A stretch of DNA of 64,000 bases from Vicugna vicugna (Eukaryota): positions 7,641,779 through 7,705,778 of the forward strand of contig MU058198.1 in NCBI GenBank assembly GCA_013265495.1, read 5' to 3'. Both the position numbers and the translations under genes were made by a program. The notes under the pieces are model-generated. The model worked only from the letters and a program-made list of their open reading frames with translations, had not been told where the DNA came from and did not search any database. Shown piece by piece: positions 38,961-51,599 of the stretch. Each line of letters starts with the position of its first letter. The first letter of the stretch is position 1.

Positions 38961-40077
38961 AAGATTTGAGCTGAAACTTGAAAAGTGTCACAGGCAAATC
39001 TAGAGCATGGGTTACATCCCCAGAAAAGAGCAAGTGCAAAGGCTCCAAGACTAGGAAGAAACAAATAAACAGGAGGCCAACATGGCTGGCTCCTGCTGAG
39101 TGTAAGGAGTAGGTAAGAGATGAGGTCCGAGCTAGGATAGGACTTGAATGGAAGGTAGGCTTGAGGGAAAGAGATTTTGAGAGTAGGCCGTGCATAACTA
39201 GTGAGAACAAGTCCCCGAATCTCCTTGGTTGAATCCAGAATGACTGCTCCACCTACTGCCTTCCCTTACCTCTTCCTCAGCCCTGATCCTGGAATTTTCT
39301 CCTGTGAGAAGTCTCAACTTATCCAGCCATTTGACTGGGGAAGGGATGATGACTGCAGTCCACAGTACAAACCAAGTGGTGATGCCAGCTATGGCCCCAG
39401 CAGTGGGGCCTATGATTTTGCATTCTCAAGATGCACTCACTACCTGGGACAGTCCTGGCAGAGAGGCAGAAAATTAAAAGAAATCAGGACAGAAGAAAAG
39501 TGAGGGCCAGAAGTCAGACTGTCTGGGCATTATCCAGATAATATAATGGGACAAAGATATCACAAGAAAAGAAAACTCCAGATCACCACTTCTTATGAAT
39601 ATAGATGTAAAAGTCCTCAACAAAATACTAGCATACAAAATCCAGCAATATATAAAAATGTTTATATAAGCAGGATTTAGCTCAATAATGCAAGGTTGGT
39701 TAAATATCTGAAAATCAATTAATGTAGTAAAGAATATTAATAGAATAAAGAACAAAAGCCATCTGATCATCTCAATAGAGACCAAAAATCCAGCAATTTT
39801 CCTTTAAAAAAAAGCTTAAGGAACTAGGAATATGAGGGAATATTCTTACTTTGCTAATTATCAAAGGGCATCCATGAAAGTCACAGCTAACATCATACTT
39901 AAATGGTGAAAGACTGGATGTTTTTGCCCTGAGATCAGGATGTCTGCTTGTATTTAAACCACTTCTATTTAACACTGTAAGCAATAAAAAGAAATAAAAG
40001 CATCCAGACAGGAAAAGAAGAAGTAAACTATCTCATTTTACAGATGACATCACCTTATCTATAGAAAATCCTTAGGA

Positions 40078-40079
<2 letters not shown>

Positions 40080-40133
<54 letters not shown>
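40080..40133 (+). repeat. (CA)n microsatellite (about 27 units)
   Basis: Uninterrupted ACAC run inside the L1. Confidence 0.95.
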
Positions 40134-40135
<2 letters not shown>

Positions 40136-40675
40136 GATTAGAGCTAATAAACCAGTTCAGCAAGGTTTCAGAATACAAGAATAATGTACAAAAATCCACT
40201 GTATTTCTCAATACTAGCGATGAACAATCCAAAAAAGAAAGAAAACAATTCCATTTACAATAGCAACAAAAGGAATCAAATACTTCTATATAAATTTAAC
40301 AAAAGAAATGTAAGATTTATACACTGAAAACTATAAAACACTGTTAAAAATTAAAATCTAAATAAAATTTAAAACACCCAATGTTTATGGGTCAGAGATT
40401 GAATACTGTAAAGATGATAATACTCCTCAAATTGAGGTACAGAGGCAATGCAATTCCTATCAAAATCCTAGCTAGCTTCCTTTTCTTTTTCTTTTTTTGC
40501 AAAAGATGACAAGCTGATCTTAAAATTAATATGAAAATACAAAGGATCTAGAAAAACAAAAATAATTTTGTAACAGAAGAACAAGTTGGAGGACTCACAG
40601 GTCCTGATTTTAAAATTTACTACCAAGCTACAGTAAGCAAAACAAATGTAGCACTGGCATAAAGGAAGATCGATT

Positions 40676-40701
40676 GATCTATCTGTCTATCTATCTGTCT
40701 G

Positions 40702-40743
<42 letters not shown>

Positions 40744-40744
40744 A
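40676..40744 (+). repeat. (TCTA/TCTG)n tetranucleotide microsatellite
   Basis: Direct observation. Confidence 0.95.
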
Positions 40745-42879
40745 GGAATAAAACTGAGAGCTCAGAAATAAACCCTTATATTTACAGTTAGTTTATTTTC
40801 AACAAGGAAGTCAAGAGAATTCAATGGAGAAAGAACAGCCTCTTCAACAAATGGTGCTGGGACAATTGAATATCTACATGCAGAAGAGTAAGGCTGGACC
40901 TCTACCTCAAACCATACACAAAAATTAACTTGAAATGGATCAAGAATATAAATGTAAGAACTTTTAGCTATTAAAAACTCTCATAATTTATAAAAAAACT
41001 TTTATCCATTTTACACTTATACATTAATAACTAAGTTATAAACTTTATAAGTGTTTGTAAAACTCTTGGATGAAAATACAGGCATAAATCTTCATGACCC
41101 TGGATTAGGAAATAGATTCTTAGATATGGCTCTTACAGCACAAGCAATAACAACAAAAACAGACAAATTGGACATCATCAAAATTAAAAATGTCTGTACT
41201 TCAAAGGGCACCATCAAGAAAGTAAAAAGACAACCCACACAATGGGAGAGAACTTTTGCAAATCATAAGGAACTTGCATCTAGAATACATAACTCTTACC
41301 ACTCAACAGCAAAAACTTAACCCAATTAAAAAATTGGCAAAGGATTTGAATAGACATTTATCCAAAGATGGTATCTAAATGGCTAATAAGCACATGAAAA
41401 GATGCTCAACATTATTTGCCATCAGGGAAATGCAAATCAAAAACCACAAATTAACACCTACTAGAATGGCTATAATAAAAAAAAAAGACAGATAATGACA
41501 ACTGTTGGTGAAGATGTGGAGACATTGGAACATTCATACCCTGTTGGTGGGAAGGTAAAACGTGCAGCCACTTTGGAAAGCAGGCTGACAGTTCCTTAAA
41601 CGGTTAAACATAGAGTTACCATATGCCTCAGCAATTCCATTCCTAGATATATACACAGAGAATTGAAAATATGTCCACACAAAAATGCACATGAACGTTC
41701 ATAGCAGCATTACTCACAACAGACAAAAAATGGAAACCCAAATGTCCATCAGCTGATGAATGGATAAACGAAGGTGGTATATCCATAAAATGGAATGTTG
41801 TTTGACAATAAAAAAGGAATGAGAAACTGATCAGGCTACAATATGGATGAGCCTTGAGAACATTATGCTAAGTAAAACAATCAGTCACAAAAGACTACAT
41901 ATTGTATGCCTCCATTTACACGAAATGTCCACAATAGGCAAACCTACAGAGACTGAAAGTAGATTAGCCATTGACTAAGGCTGAGAGAGGAGTTTGGGGA
42001 GGAACTGGAATCAATAGGGAGTGACAGCTAATAGGTATGGAGTTTCTTTTGTGGAAATGAAAATATTCTAAAATTAGATTGTGAATATACTGAAAACCAC
42101 TGAACTGTACACTTCAGACAGGTTAATTGTATGGTATGTGAATTATATTTTAATAATGCTGTAAATTTTTTAAAAAGTCAGACTGAGTTCTCAGGGAGCA
42201 GGAACTAGGGTATGGGATGCTGATGGTGTCAGAGAAGGGGGACCAAAATCAAAAATCAAGTCAGTAGTAAACAAAAGTTCTGCTTCCAACCCCCACTCCC
42301 CCAGTATGGTGTCTGTTTCTCTCCTGGAGCCCTTACTTTCAGACTTTGGTCCCAGCCTGGACAGGAAGGAGGCCTGGGGTCTTTGCTTTTCCTGCTATGG
42401 GGATGGGTATGAGGAGTGAGTGTCCCTGGTCAAACTGGTGCCCTCTTCCTGCAGCCATGACACCCTGGTCCCTGCTGTTGCCATGTGCACACTTCTCACC
42501 TTGTTCTGCTATGGAGAACCAGCATGAGGGCCTGGACATGACAACACTGTGTGAGGCCCCTGACACCAAGGGGATACCTCCAACTTCTGCTCCAGGTGCT
42601 ACCTGGTGTACCAGTCCTGGGCTATGGCCAGATACTTCAGAGTCCCCCATGACTGGCATGTGCATCTGGAGATGGGCTGCACATGGACACTTCCTAAGGC
42701 TGCCAACTTAGTGGCCTCCAAGTCCACAGATAATAGGATGGAAAGGAGAATATGGTTCACTCTGATTTTTGGCTCTGTTTTGGCCCTAGTGGCTGGAATT
42801 TATAGTCCAGAATCAGTTCTTGGGTATCCTTCCAGAAATATTCTATAGGAATTTGAGTACTTATGAGTAATTCAACCCA

Positions 42880-43960
42880 AATAGGAGCATACTCTACAGT
42901 ACTTTGCACTTCAGTTTTTTACTTGAAATATTTTTTGGATATTGTTCAACAAGACAGATTGATAAGCCTCATTTTTTAAAAACAGTTAAGTAGTGTATTT
43001 TATAGTGGCTTCCTTAAGTTAGTCCTTTGCTAGTGGGCATATAGGGTGTTCACAGTTATCACAAATTTTGCTGCACCGAACAATCTTTTATCTTCAGTTT
43101 TGTCACAGAAGTGGGAAAAAGAAATCTGTGGTGTAAATTCTTTGAGGTGTACTTGCTGAGTCAAAGAGTTTATGCATTTAACTATTTTTTAAAATGTGTG
43201 TTTGATTACTTTTTTTCCCTCTTCCAGTTTTATTGGGATGTGACACAGCACTGTATGTTTAAAGTGTACAGCATAATGATTTAACTTACATACATCATGA
43301 AGCATTTAACTTTTGATAAACATCAAATCATCTTCCCAAGAAGCCATACCAATTTACACTAAATGTGGGGCCTCATTTTTGTTTTTTGAAAAATTACTTT
43401 GTAAGTTATGTAGCCATCCAGAGTATGGATATAACTGTAAAGTTATTTAACAGCCTATCCTTTTCCCACTGATTTGAATAATCATATTTATCATAAAATA
43501 CATTCCCAGGAATAGGGCTGTTTTTGAAGCCTCTCCCTCACTTGACTGATTAACTTACTCTTCTGTCATTATTTTCCTTTTATTCCAGTGCTTTGGTGTT
43601 TGATTATCTAGTGTGTCAAATACATCATTACTACTGTTGTTTTTTTTTTAAACATATTGTACAGGAATTTAGAATTTTCATGTTCTGTTAAAAAGTCCTT
43701 TTGGATGGCAATGAATTTAAGGATTAAACTGGGGAGAAGCAACATCTTTTAATAATCTTTCCATTCAGGTATACGATATGTCTTCATTTAGTTAGGTCTT
43801 GTATCCTTCAGGACAGAGATAGCATTTTCTTCATACAGATTTTGCATGTTTTCTGGTGAGGTTTAGTCTTTTATAGTTTATGGGTTTTGTTGTTATTGTG
43901 AATGGGACCCCAAGTATATTTCCTAATTTGTTATTGCAATTTATAGGAAATATACTAACT
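42880..43960 (-). mobile_element. Ancient L1 (L1M/L1ME-like) fragments
   Basis: T-rich degenerate L1 antisense motifs (e.g. CATACCAATTTACACT, TATCCTTTTCCCACTGATTTG, AATCTTTCCATTCAGG). Boundaries approximate. Confidence 0.55.
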
Positions 43961-44320
43961 TTGGGCCTCAGTTCATTATTTGTAAAAGGACAAAAGTAGA
44001 AGTACTTACTAAAAGGTCAAGTATGGACTCAACAAAGTTAAACAGATTTGTTCATTACAGGACTTATCAGTGACTTTAATTACTTTGATTACCAAGAATC
44101 CCCAAGAAGGGTACAGGAATTTCCTGTACTTACTTAACCATGAAACCCTTGTCACAAGACATTCTGAAACATATTTGGAGAAAATGATGCACCCCAAAGA
44201 CCCTTCTCGTTTCTAATTTGTTAGTCCAGGGATCTCCACTGAACCTTATCTAATGCTCAAACTCCCACTCACTTAGCCCCAACCAGAACACAGAAGACAA
44301 CCCAATGTCAAAGTGAATGC

Positions 44321-44326
44321 TTTAAT
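44321..44326 (-). terminator. ZNF668: Probable ZNF668 poly(A) signal (ATTAAA)
   Basis: TTTAAT on + strand about 200 nt past the ZNF668 stop, with a GT/T-rich downstream element on the minus strand. Confidence 0.6.
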
Positions 44327-44526
44327 GAATGCTGCTCAGAGAGCCATGTCTCTCACTAGCTGCTGCCAGCCTCCACTGTCCCCAGCTATTTGTCAGGAGG
44401 GTGAGCTAGCTGCCTGGGGTGCAGAGATGGATCTGGAGTCTAAAGAGCAAGCTGGGACAAAGGGATGTTCGGGAGGCACCCTGTAGGGGCTCAGCTCCCA
44501 GGAGTGTGGCGGAGGGGGCATGGGCC

Positions 44527-46825
44527 TCAGGCTGGCCCCTCTTCAGGCATTCCTAGCAAAGCCACAAGAGGCTCGAGGGGTGTGGGGGTCCCGATGGGCA
44601 CAGGATGGGTGCGTTCATGCTTGCGCAGGTCGCTGGCACTCAAGAAAGCCTTGGGGCAGTGAGGGCAGGTGTAGGGGCGCACAGAGCTGTGGGTGCGGCT
44701 GTGCTTGCGCAGCCCAGCCCGATCTGAGAAGCTCTTGCCGCACTGTGTGCAGGGAAAGGGCCGGAGCTCTGGGTGTGAACGCTCGTGCCGTCGCAGCAAC
44801 GTCAGCGTGGAGAACATCTCCTTGCACTCCCGGCACACAAACTGTGGTGGTTTCTCGTCCACCTCCTCACCCCCGACCTCGCCTGCCGCCCCCAAGGGAC
44901 CAGGAGCCTCCCCAACCCCAGCATCTTGGCACTCCACGTGCTCCACTGTCATGCCCACAACTTGCCACTGGGTGGCCACCACACCACCGGATTCTGAGGG
45001 CAGCCCCAGCAGCCCAGCTGGAGGGTCTCCTAGCCCCGTCCCTGCTGCCGGGGCCGTGGAGCCCTCCCCTGCCACGCTGACGGGCAGCGCCAGCCCCACT
45101 ACAAGCTCCTGTTGTGGGGGCGCCCCTGCGGCCTCGCTACTTCGATGGGTCCGCTCATGCTTCCTTAGGCTTGACGAGACCACGAAGGACTTTCCGCAGG
45201 CGTTGCAGTGGAAAGGGCGCTCACCTGAGTGCACCCGGCTGTGCTTCGTAAGACTGGCCCGCTCCGCGAAGGCCCGCCCGCACTCTTCGCAGCGGAAGGG
45301 CCGTTGGCCCGAATGCACCAACGCGTGCCTCTTGAGGTCCCAGGACGCCACAAACGTCTTGTCACACTGCAAGCACTTGAACGGCCGGTCGCCAGTGTGT
45401 ACCCGTCGGTGCATTGCCAGGTCGGCCGGCTGCCGGAAGTCCTTGCCGCACTTCTCGCAGCGGTAGGGCTTCACGCCCTCATGCGCCCGCTGGTGGCGCC
45501 GGAAGCTCGAGGGGTCGGAGAACATGCGGCCGCAACGCGGGCACAGGAAGGGCTTCTCGCCCGAGTGAGTGCGCTCGTGGCTCTGGTAGGAGCTAAGCTG
45601 AGTGAAGCCCTTGCCACAGGCCGGGCATCGGTAGGGCTTCTGCGCCGCATGGATGCGCTGGTGGCACGTAAGCGAGGATGAGCGGGAGAAGCTCTTCCCG
45701 CACTCTGAGCAGAGGAAGGGGCGCTCACCCGTGTGGGACCTGTGGAAGGGCGGAGGCCCAGCATGAGGGTGGCGGCCCATCACCTGACCCCGCTACCTGT
45801 CTGCACGGTAAGTTAGGGCCCCTTAACATCGCTGGGGCTTTGGCCTAATTCCCTAAGGGCCACAGGGCTGTGCCCCAGAGTAAGATACCTTCAGGCCGGG
45901 CGTCTAGGTTCCAGACCCATCTGTACACACAACACATCAGGCCCCACTCGCTCCTTCTGGACTCCAATAGAGACCCTCTGAGCTGCCCAACTTCAAGCCC
46001 CGCCCCCTGTGGTCCAGGAACCCAGGCCAATCAGACCCTAGTTCCACCCTCCCCTATAGTCCCGCCCCACTCACCTTCCTATTGGCTCATTCTGCTCTGT
46101 GGAACTCAATGCCTCCACCCTATTGGTACACGCAGCCCAACCCCTTCAGCTGCCCACCACCCAGCCCCACGCCCTCACCGCTCGTGGTTGCGAAGGTCCT
46201 TGAGCTCAGCGTAGGCTTTGCCACAGCGCTCGCAGCTGTACGGCCGCAGGCCGGCATGTGTCCGCCGGTGCTTGCGGAACACCGAGGGGTCGGCGAAGCT
46301 CTTGCCACAGTCGGCACAGGCGTAGGGCCGCTCACCCGTGTGACCTCGCTGGTGGATCTTGAGCTTGGAGAGCGCGCCATAGGCCTTGGGGCAGTGCGCA
46401 CAGCGGAAGGGCAGCTCACCGGCGTGCGAGGCCAGGTGCACCCGCAGGCACACAGGCTGCATGAAGCGCCGGCCGCACTCAGGGCAAGGGAAGGGCTTCT
46501 CACCTGTGTGGCTGCGACCATGACTGCGCAACTCAGGTGCCGTTTTGTAGGCCTTGGGGCACAGCGGACACGCATAGGGCCGAGGCTTAGCCGCTGCACC
46601 TGACACCTTGTCCCCACTGGCATCCTCCACTTTGGGGTCTGTCTCTGGCTTCAGCTTCACCTCGGCCACCTCCTCTGCGCAGTCTGCAGGCCCATGTGTG
46701 GCAGCGTGGCGTGCTGCTCGGGGTGCATTCGGAAACGTCTTGGTACAGGACAGACACTTATAGCGGCGGCCAGAGCGTTTATAGCCAGGGGCTGGGGACC
46801 GGTCCTCCACAGACTCTACCTCCAT
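44527..46825 (-). CDS. ZNF668: C2H2 zinc finger protein 668, 619 aa
   Basis: Coding exons 46179-46825 (647 nt, ATG in GCCATGG) and 44527-45739 (1213 nt) joined by a GT-AG intron give 1860 nt. [27 protein letters not shown]...tandem C2H2 fingers with TGE[KR]P linkers...[16 protein letters not shown]. Confidence 0.96.
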
Positions 46826-49800
46826 GGCCTTGGTGGGCGGGGCTTCTGTGAGAGAGGCAATGTTAGACAGAAGCCACACCCCTTTCCCATTCGCCAAGGC
46901 CGATCTTACCAAAGCCCTCTGAGGCCTCAGAGAGAACTCTGTCTTATCTACATTCCCCACAGAGGACGCACATCCTTCCTTACAAACATTCCTGCCTCTC
47001 TGAGCTCAAGTTTCCTCTCCAGTCTGTTTATTGATGAAAGAAGCTACACCAGGTGACCTCAGAGAAGCTAAGAGAGGAGGCTGGGATCTTAAGAAGGTTC
47101 ACCTGAACTTCCCTCCCCAGCCTCTAGGATTTTCCAAACCCTGCAGCATTCCCAGAAGGCCCAGGCTCCATTCATCTCACCATCTTCCTTCTTCAGTTCA
47201 GAGGCCAAGACGGATGCAAGGATGCAGACACGGAGGCTACCCAGATGTGGATCTGGGCTGAAGGTCTCCAAGTGCCCAGGGAAGACAGAGGTAGGTCCCG
47301 AAAAGGGCAGAGCCAGTGGGCTAAATGTAGTGATTAGCACCATCTGTCTGGAAGGGGTAGGTCCCTGGTGTGTATATTTTGTCTTTTCCTTCTGGTTGGT
47401 TAGCTTTCAGAGGCAGCAACTGTTCACACAGAATTCTGGCCTTGCACAGATGTAAGGTACTCCACCCCAGATAGGAATCCTGGTCTACCCTCTGCTGTGG
47501 AATGGCTGTTTGGTTCTTGCTCCCATAGCTCTGGTAATGGGGAGCTCAGTTACTCTCAAGGCAGCTTGAGCCATTGCTAGCAGAAGTTAGAAGCCTCTGA
47601 CTCATACTCAATGCATCTGCTCTAGCCTGGCCTCCTGGGACACTGGCCCTAGCTAAGGCCTCTTCTTTCTCGGTTCAGAGCCCAGACACCCTCCACCCAG
47701 CTGCTCCTGGGGATCATGGCTGGGAGGAAATAGGATTAACGGCTGCATTAGTCTTAACACCAGCTCATCCTCCCTAGGGGATGAAGGGAAGAGGATTATG
47801 GCAGATCCACTTAAGGAGTGCTTGCAGCAGCTGCTGGGGGCAGAAGGGTGGGGGGGAAGGTCAGTGTTATAGAGAGGGGAGGGGAGCCAGGTGTGCCCAG
47901 AAGCTGAGCTGGGAGGCATGAGGCCTGGATTCTCATGCTCCTTTTCAGGCCTGTTTCTTCATCTGTACATATCAGGGGTTGGTGGCTTCTAAGTTATGAC
48001 CCAGGAAGGACACAGGAGCCCTTGGGGTGAGTGGCAAGGGCTGTATCATTAGAATCAAAATCCTTCTGCCTGGTGGCCCTGCCTCAGTCCCCGACCCCTA
48101 CACACACAATCTACTGTGCATAGGTAGCCAGAGTCTTCTTCTGGAAGTACCATGTGATGATGCTCTGTCCTCCGCTTAAGAACTTTCCATGGCTTCCATC
48201 TCATCATGCAAGATTCCAGGCCCTTCCTGGCTGTTACAAATCCTTCCTTTGAGCCTCATTTCCCAAAAGAAGCTCTTCTTTCTCCTTTGGTTTTTTGGTC
48301 CCCATCCCACACAATTCTTTTCTACCCTCAGCTTGTTTTTTTCACTTTTCCCACTAAATCCTGGGGCTGGAAGGTAAGTTGAAGGGCTTGAGGCCCAACC
48401 TTCCCCATGGCTTGAATTCCCCCTACAGTTTCTAGGGGACCGTTCCCTATCTCTGGATGGGGCCCTCACCACCTCCCTTCCAGGCTATCTCTGGACAATC
48501 TGACAGATAAAGTTTTTCCTCAATAAAAATGGTAGCTCACATTTACTGAGCACCTACCTGTTAAATAACAGGCTATATCCTGAGTCTTTACATGTATTAA
48601 CCCACTTGATCTTCATGTCAGCACCATGAGAAAAGTTCTATTATCACTCACTTGCATTGATGAGGGAACTGAGGCCCAGAGAAACAATACAGCATTGTAG
48701 TTAAGTGCAGTCTCTGAAGCTAAACTGCCTGGCTTCCAATCTCACCTCCCTCACAGAAAAGCTGTGACCTTGTGTAATTTCCTTCACGCCGTAGGAGCTC
48801 AGTTTTCTCATCTGAAAAATGGAGGTAATAACAGTACTTACTTCACAGGGTCGGGTGAGGGCTGAGTGAGATAAGAATAATTACTGCTCTCAATTACTGA
48901 ATCTTCTCAGAGCCAGACACTCTGCTGAGTGTGCTACCTTATTCTCTCATAGCTTCCTGAGATAGGGATTACTGTCCTCATTTTACAAATAAACTGAGGT
49001 TCCAAGGGGGTCAGTGATTAACCCATGATCACACAGCTAGTATCTCATGCGGCTGGGACTTGAATCCAGGTGTTCAATTTGCCTGGCATTGTTGGGCCCT
49101 CCCAGACTTGTCTGCTGCCTGGGCCAGTCCCACAATGACTAGAACCCTGAGCCTTCAGGGTTTCCCGCTGCCTTCTCCCATGGGAAAACTCTTTTGCATC
49201 CTTCAAATACAACTTCAGGTTACACTTTTGTCTTCTCTCATCCCGTAGAACTGCCTGGAAACCAGAGCCAGCATCTTTATGTTTCTGTTTTCCTCTCAGA
49301 GGGCTGGACCCGTGGGTTCTGAGCTCTGGGCCACTGTTTTCTTACCTGTGAGCCAGAAACCAGATAGCTGAAGGGGTAAATCCCTCCTCTGAAGGCACTT
49401 CCTAGGGGAAATGGTAGGGGAGTCCCAGGTTGGTCCCAGCAGGCCCCAGCTCCATGAAGAGTAGAGGGCCAGGTTGGTTAGGGCCCTGTCCAAAACTCCA
49501 CCATCAACTCCTCACTTCACTGTTCATGAAGGAATCTTCCACCCACCCACCACTCCCTAGAGTGATTCTGTGAACTCCCTGCATGACAATAATCATCCAG
49601 GGAGTGTGGGGTAGGACTCAGAAATCTACTCTCTGGGACATTCCAACCAACACTCAACACTTAAGAACCAAAGTTACATCCTTAGGTCTTCACAAGCTTC
49701 TAGGAGAGAGGCATTTTTACTACGTCTCTTTTTCAGATGTGGAGATTAAGGCCCCCATAAGGGGGAAAAAACTTGCATTAAGGATACATAACTAGTCAAG

Positions 49801-50374
49801 GAGCCCAGACTCAAACTCAAGTCTTCAGGTCCCTGGGCTGGGCTCTTTCTTTACTAGCCTTCATTTATTTAAGGTTTATCAGCCAAATCATGAGCCTTTC
49901 CACTGTTCCTGGGACAAAGACCAGTATCTTTTTTCCGTGGCCAGCAAGGCTCTGAACTACAACTCACCTCCCACTCCTCTCCCCCTGGCTCACTAGGTTC
50001 CACTCACACAGGTTCCCTTTTTTTCCGTCAAAGACCTAAATTCCTTCCCATCTCAGGCACTCTGCACTAGGAGTTTCCTCTGCTAGAAAAACGATTCCCC
50101 AGTTATCTTTGTGTCGCCATCTCTCTGATTTCATTTGGGTCTCAGCTCCCTGCCACCTCCTTAAAGAGGGCTTTGCTGACTACCTTTCTTAATGCTATCT
50201 GCACTCCTGCTGATTACTCTGTATCCCCCTCCTCTTTAATTTCCTTTATGTTGTTCAACTGGATAACAGTCCTTGCAAATTTACCTTGGCCCAGGTATCA
50301 TTCTAAGCATTTTATGTGTACTACTCAAGCTAAGCCTCACAACCTCCTGGAAGTCTGTTATGGAATGAATGCAC

Positions 50375-50588
50375 ACATGCATGGAAGGAAAGCCATGTGA
50401 GAACTTAGAGACAAGGTGGCCATTCAGGAAAAGAGCCCTCACCAGGAACTGAATTAGCCAGCACCTTGATCTTGGACTTCCTAGCCTCCAGAACTATGAG
50501 AAATAAATGTCTGTTGTGTCTCCCAGTCTGTTATGGATTTTTTGGGGGGGGGTTGTTGTTGTTGTTTTTGTGGTAGCCCAGACTAAGT
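50375..50588 (+). mobile_element. MaLR LTR 3' fragment (MLT1/MST-type)
   Basis: CAGCACCTTGATCTTGGACTTCCTAGCCTCCAGAACTATGAGAAATAAATG hallmark. Confidence 0.75.
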
Positions 50589-51599
50589 TAAAGAGTTTTT
50601 CCCCCCATTTTACTGATAAGGATACTGAGGCACACAGCAGTGAAGTAACTAATCATGGTCACAGCCAGTATTCAAAGCCAGGTGGTCTGCCTCCCAAACA
50701 TCTGCTCTCTGTCCTCTGATTATCACTTTGCTAGTACCTAAGTACTAGCATTTTATGGTTCACTTGTTAATTCTCTGTCTCCAGCCCAAGAGTCTAGGCT
50801 GGCAAAGAGCCAGTAACCTTTATTATTCTGTACCCTTTACACACAGAACCATGCTTGGTGCCCGAAAACAAACTGAGACGGTATTTGAATCCAAGTCTAT
50901 AGCCTCTGCCTCCCCCATAGTAGGAGTTTGTGAGAATGTCGGTCTACAGTTCTTTATTAACTGAATTTCTCTGCCTCTGCCAGTTCACAAAGTCCAAAAA
51001 TCCCCCCTGTATCCCACAATGGATTCATTGCTCTAGTGAGGGAGCCTTGTCTTTGGTTTACTATTGGACTCTTATGAGGGGAACGACGTCCTGCTGCCTG
51101 AATAGGCTCTAAATGCCAGGGATGCAGAAATTTACTTCCCAGAGAGTTTAGCCTAGAACCCTGTGGCAGGGATGAGGTGAAGAGCCACTTTTTATCCTCT
51201 CTGTTCCTCGGTCTCCCCATGTCTAAACAAGTAGTCACCAATACGTCTCACAGGCCATGAGAGATCTGGTGAGATGGCAGAAGGGAACTGTGAACTATGC
51301 AGAGATGACAGCTAATCATCTCCTAGGCATTCAATCTGGTTAGTCCACAACCTAATCCCAGTCTACTTCTCCAGCCTCACCTCCAGCGGCAGGGTGCCGC
51401 TCCTGACAGCGACCTTAGCTCCAGGCACAGTTTTCAAACTTCCCCACCTAAATGCATCTCCACTGGTAGTTCTCATTGCCTTCTCCCGTGGGAAAACTCA
51501 TTTGCATACTTCAAATACCTGCTTCCCCAGTGCCCTCAGGAATACTTAATAGGCAGTACAGATAAGGGCGCCACGGCGCTCTGAGCCTGTTTCCTTATC

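Larger units (their letters stand above)
39522..42174 (+). mobile_element. Degenerate LINE-1 (about 2.6 kb; ORF2 RT/C-terminal region and 3' UTR, L1M-type)
   Basis: A-rich; ORF2-like fragments (e.g. KLDIIKIKNVCTSKGTIKKVKRQPTQWERTFANH); TSD AAGTCAGACTG at 39511-39521 and 42175-42185. Confidence 0.88.

Noticed and set aside
44465..46623. Long antisense and alternate-frame ORFs over ZNF668 (e.g. 44693-45466 +)
   Set aside because: Shadow ORFs of GC-rich zinc-finger coding sequence with no recognisable protein features.
46826..46960. 45-aa N-terminal extension of the ZNF668 ORF
   Set aside because: Starts at a non-ATG codon and crosses the splice acceptor at 46845, so it is mostly intronic.
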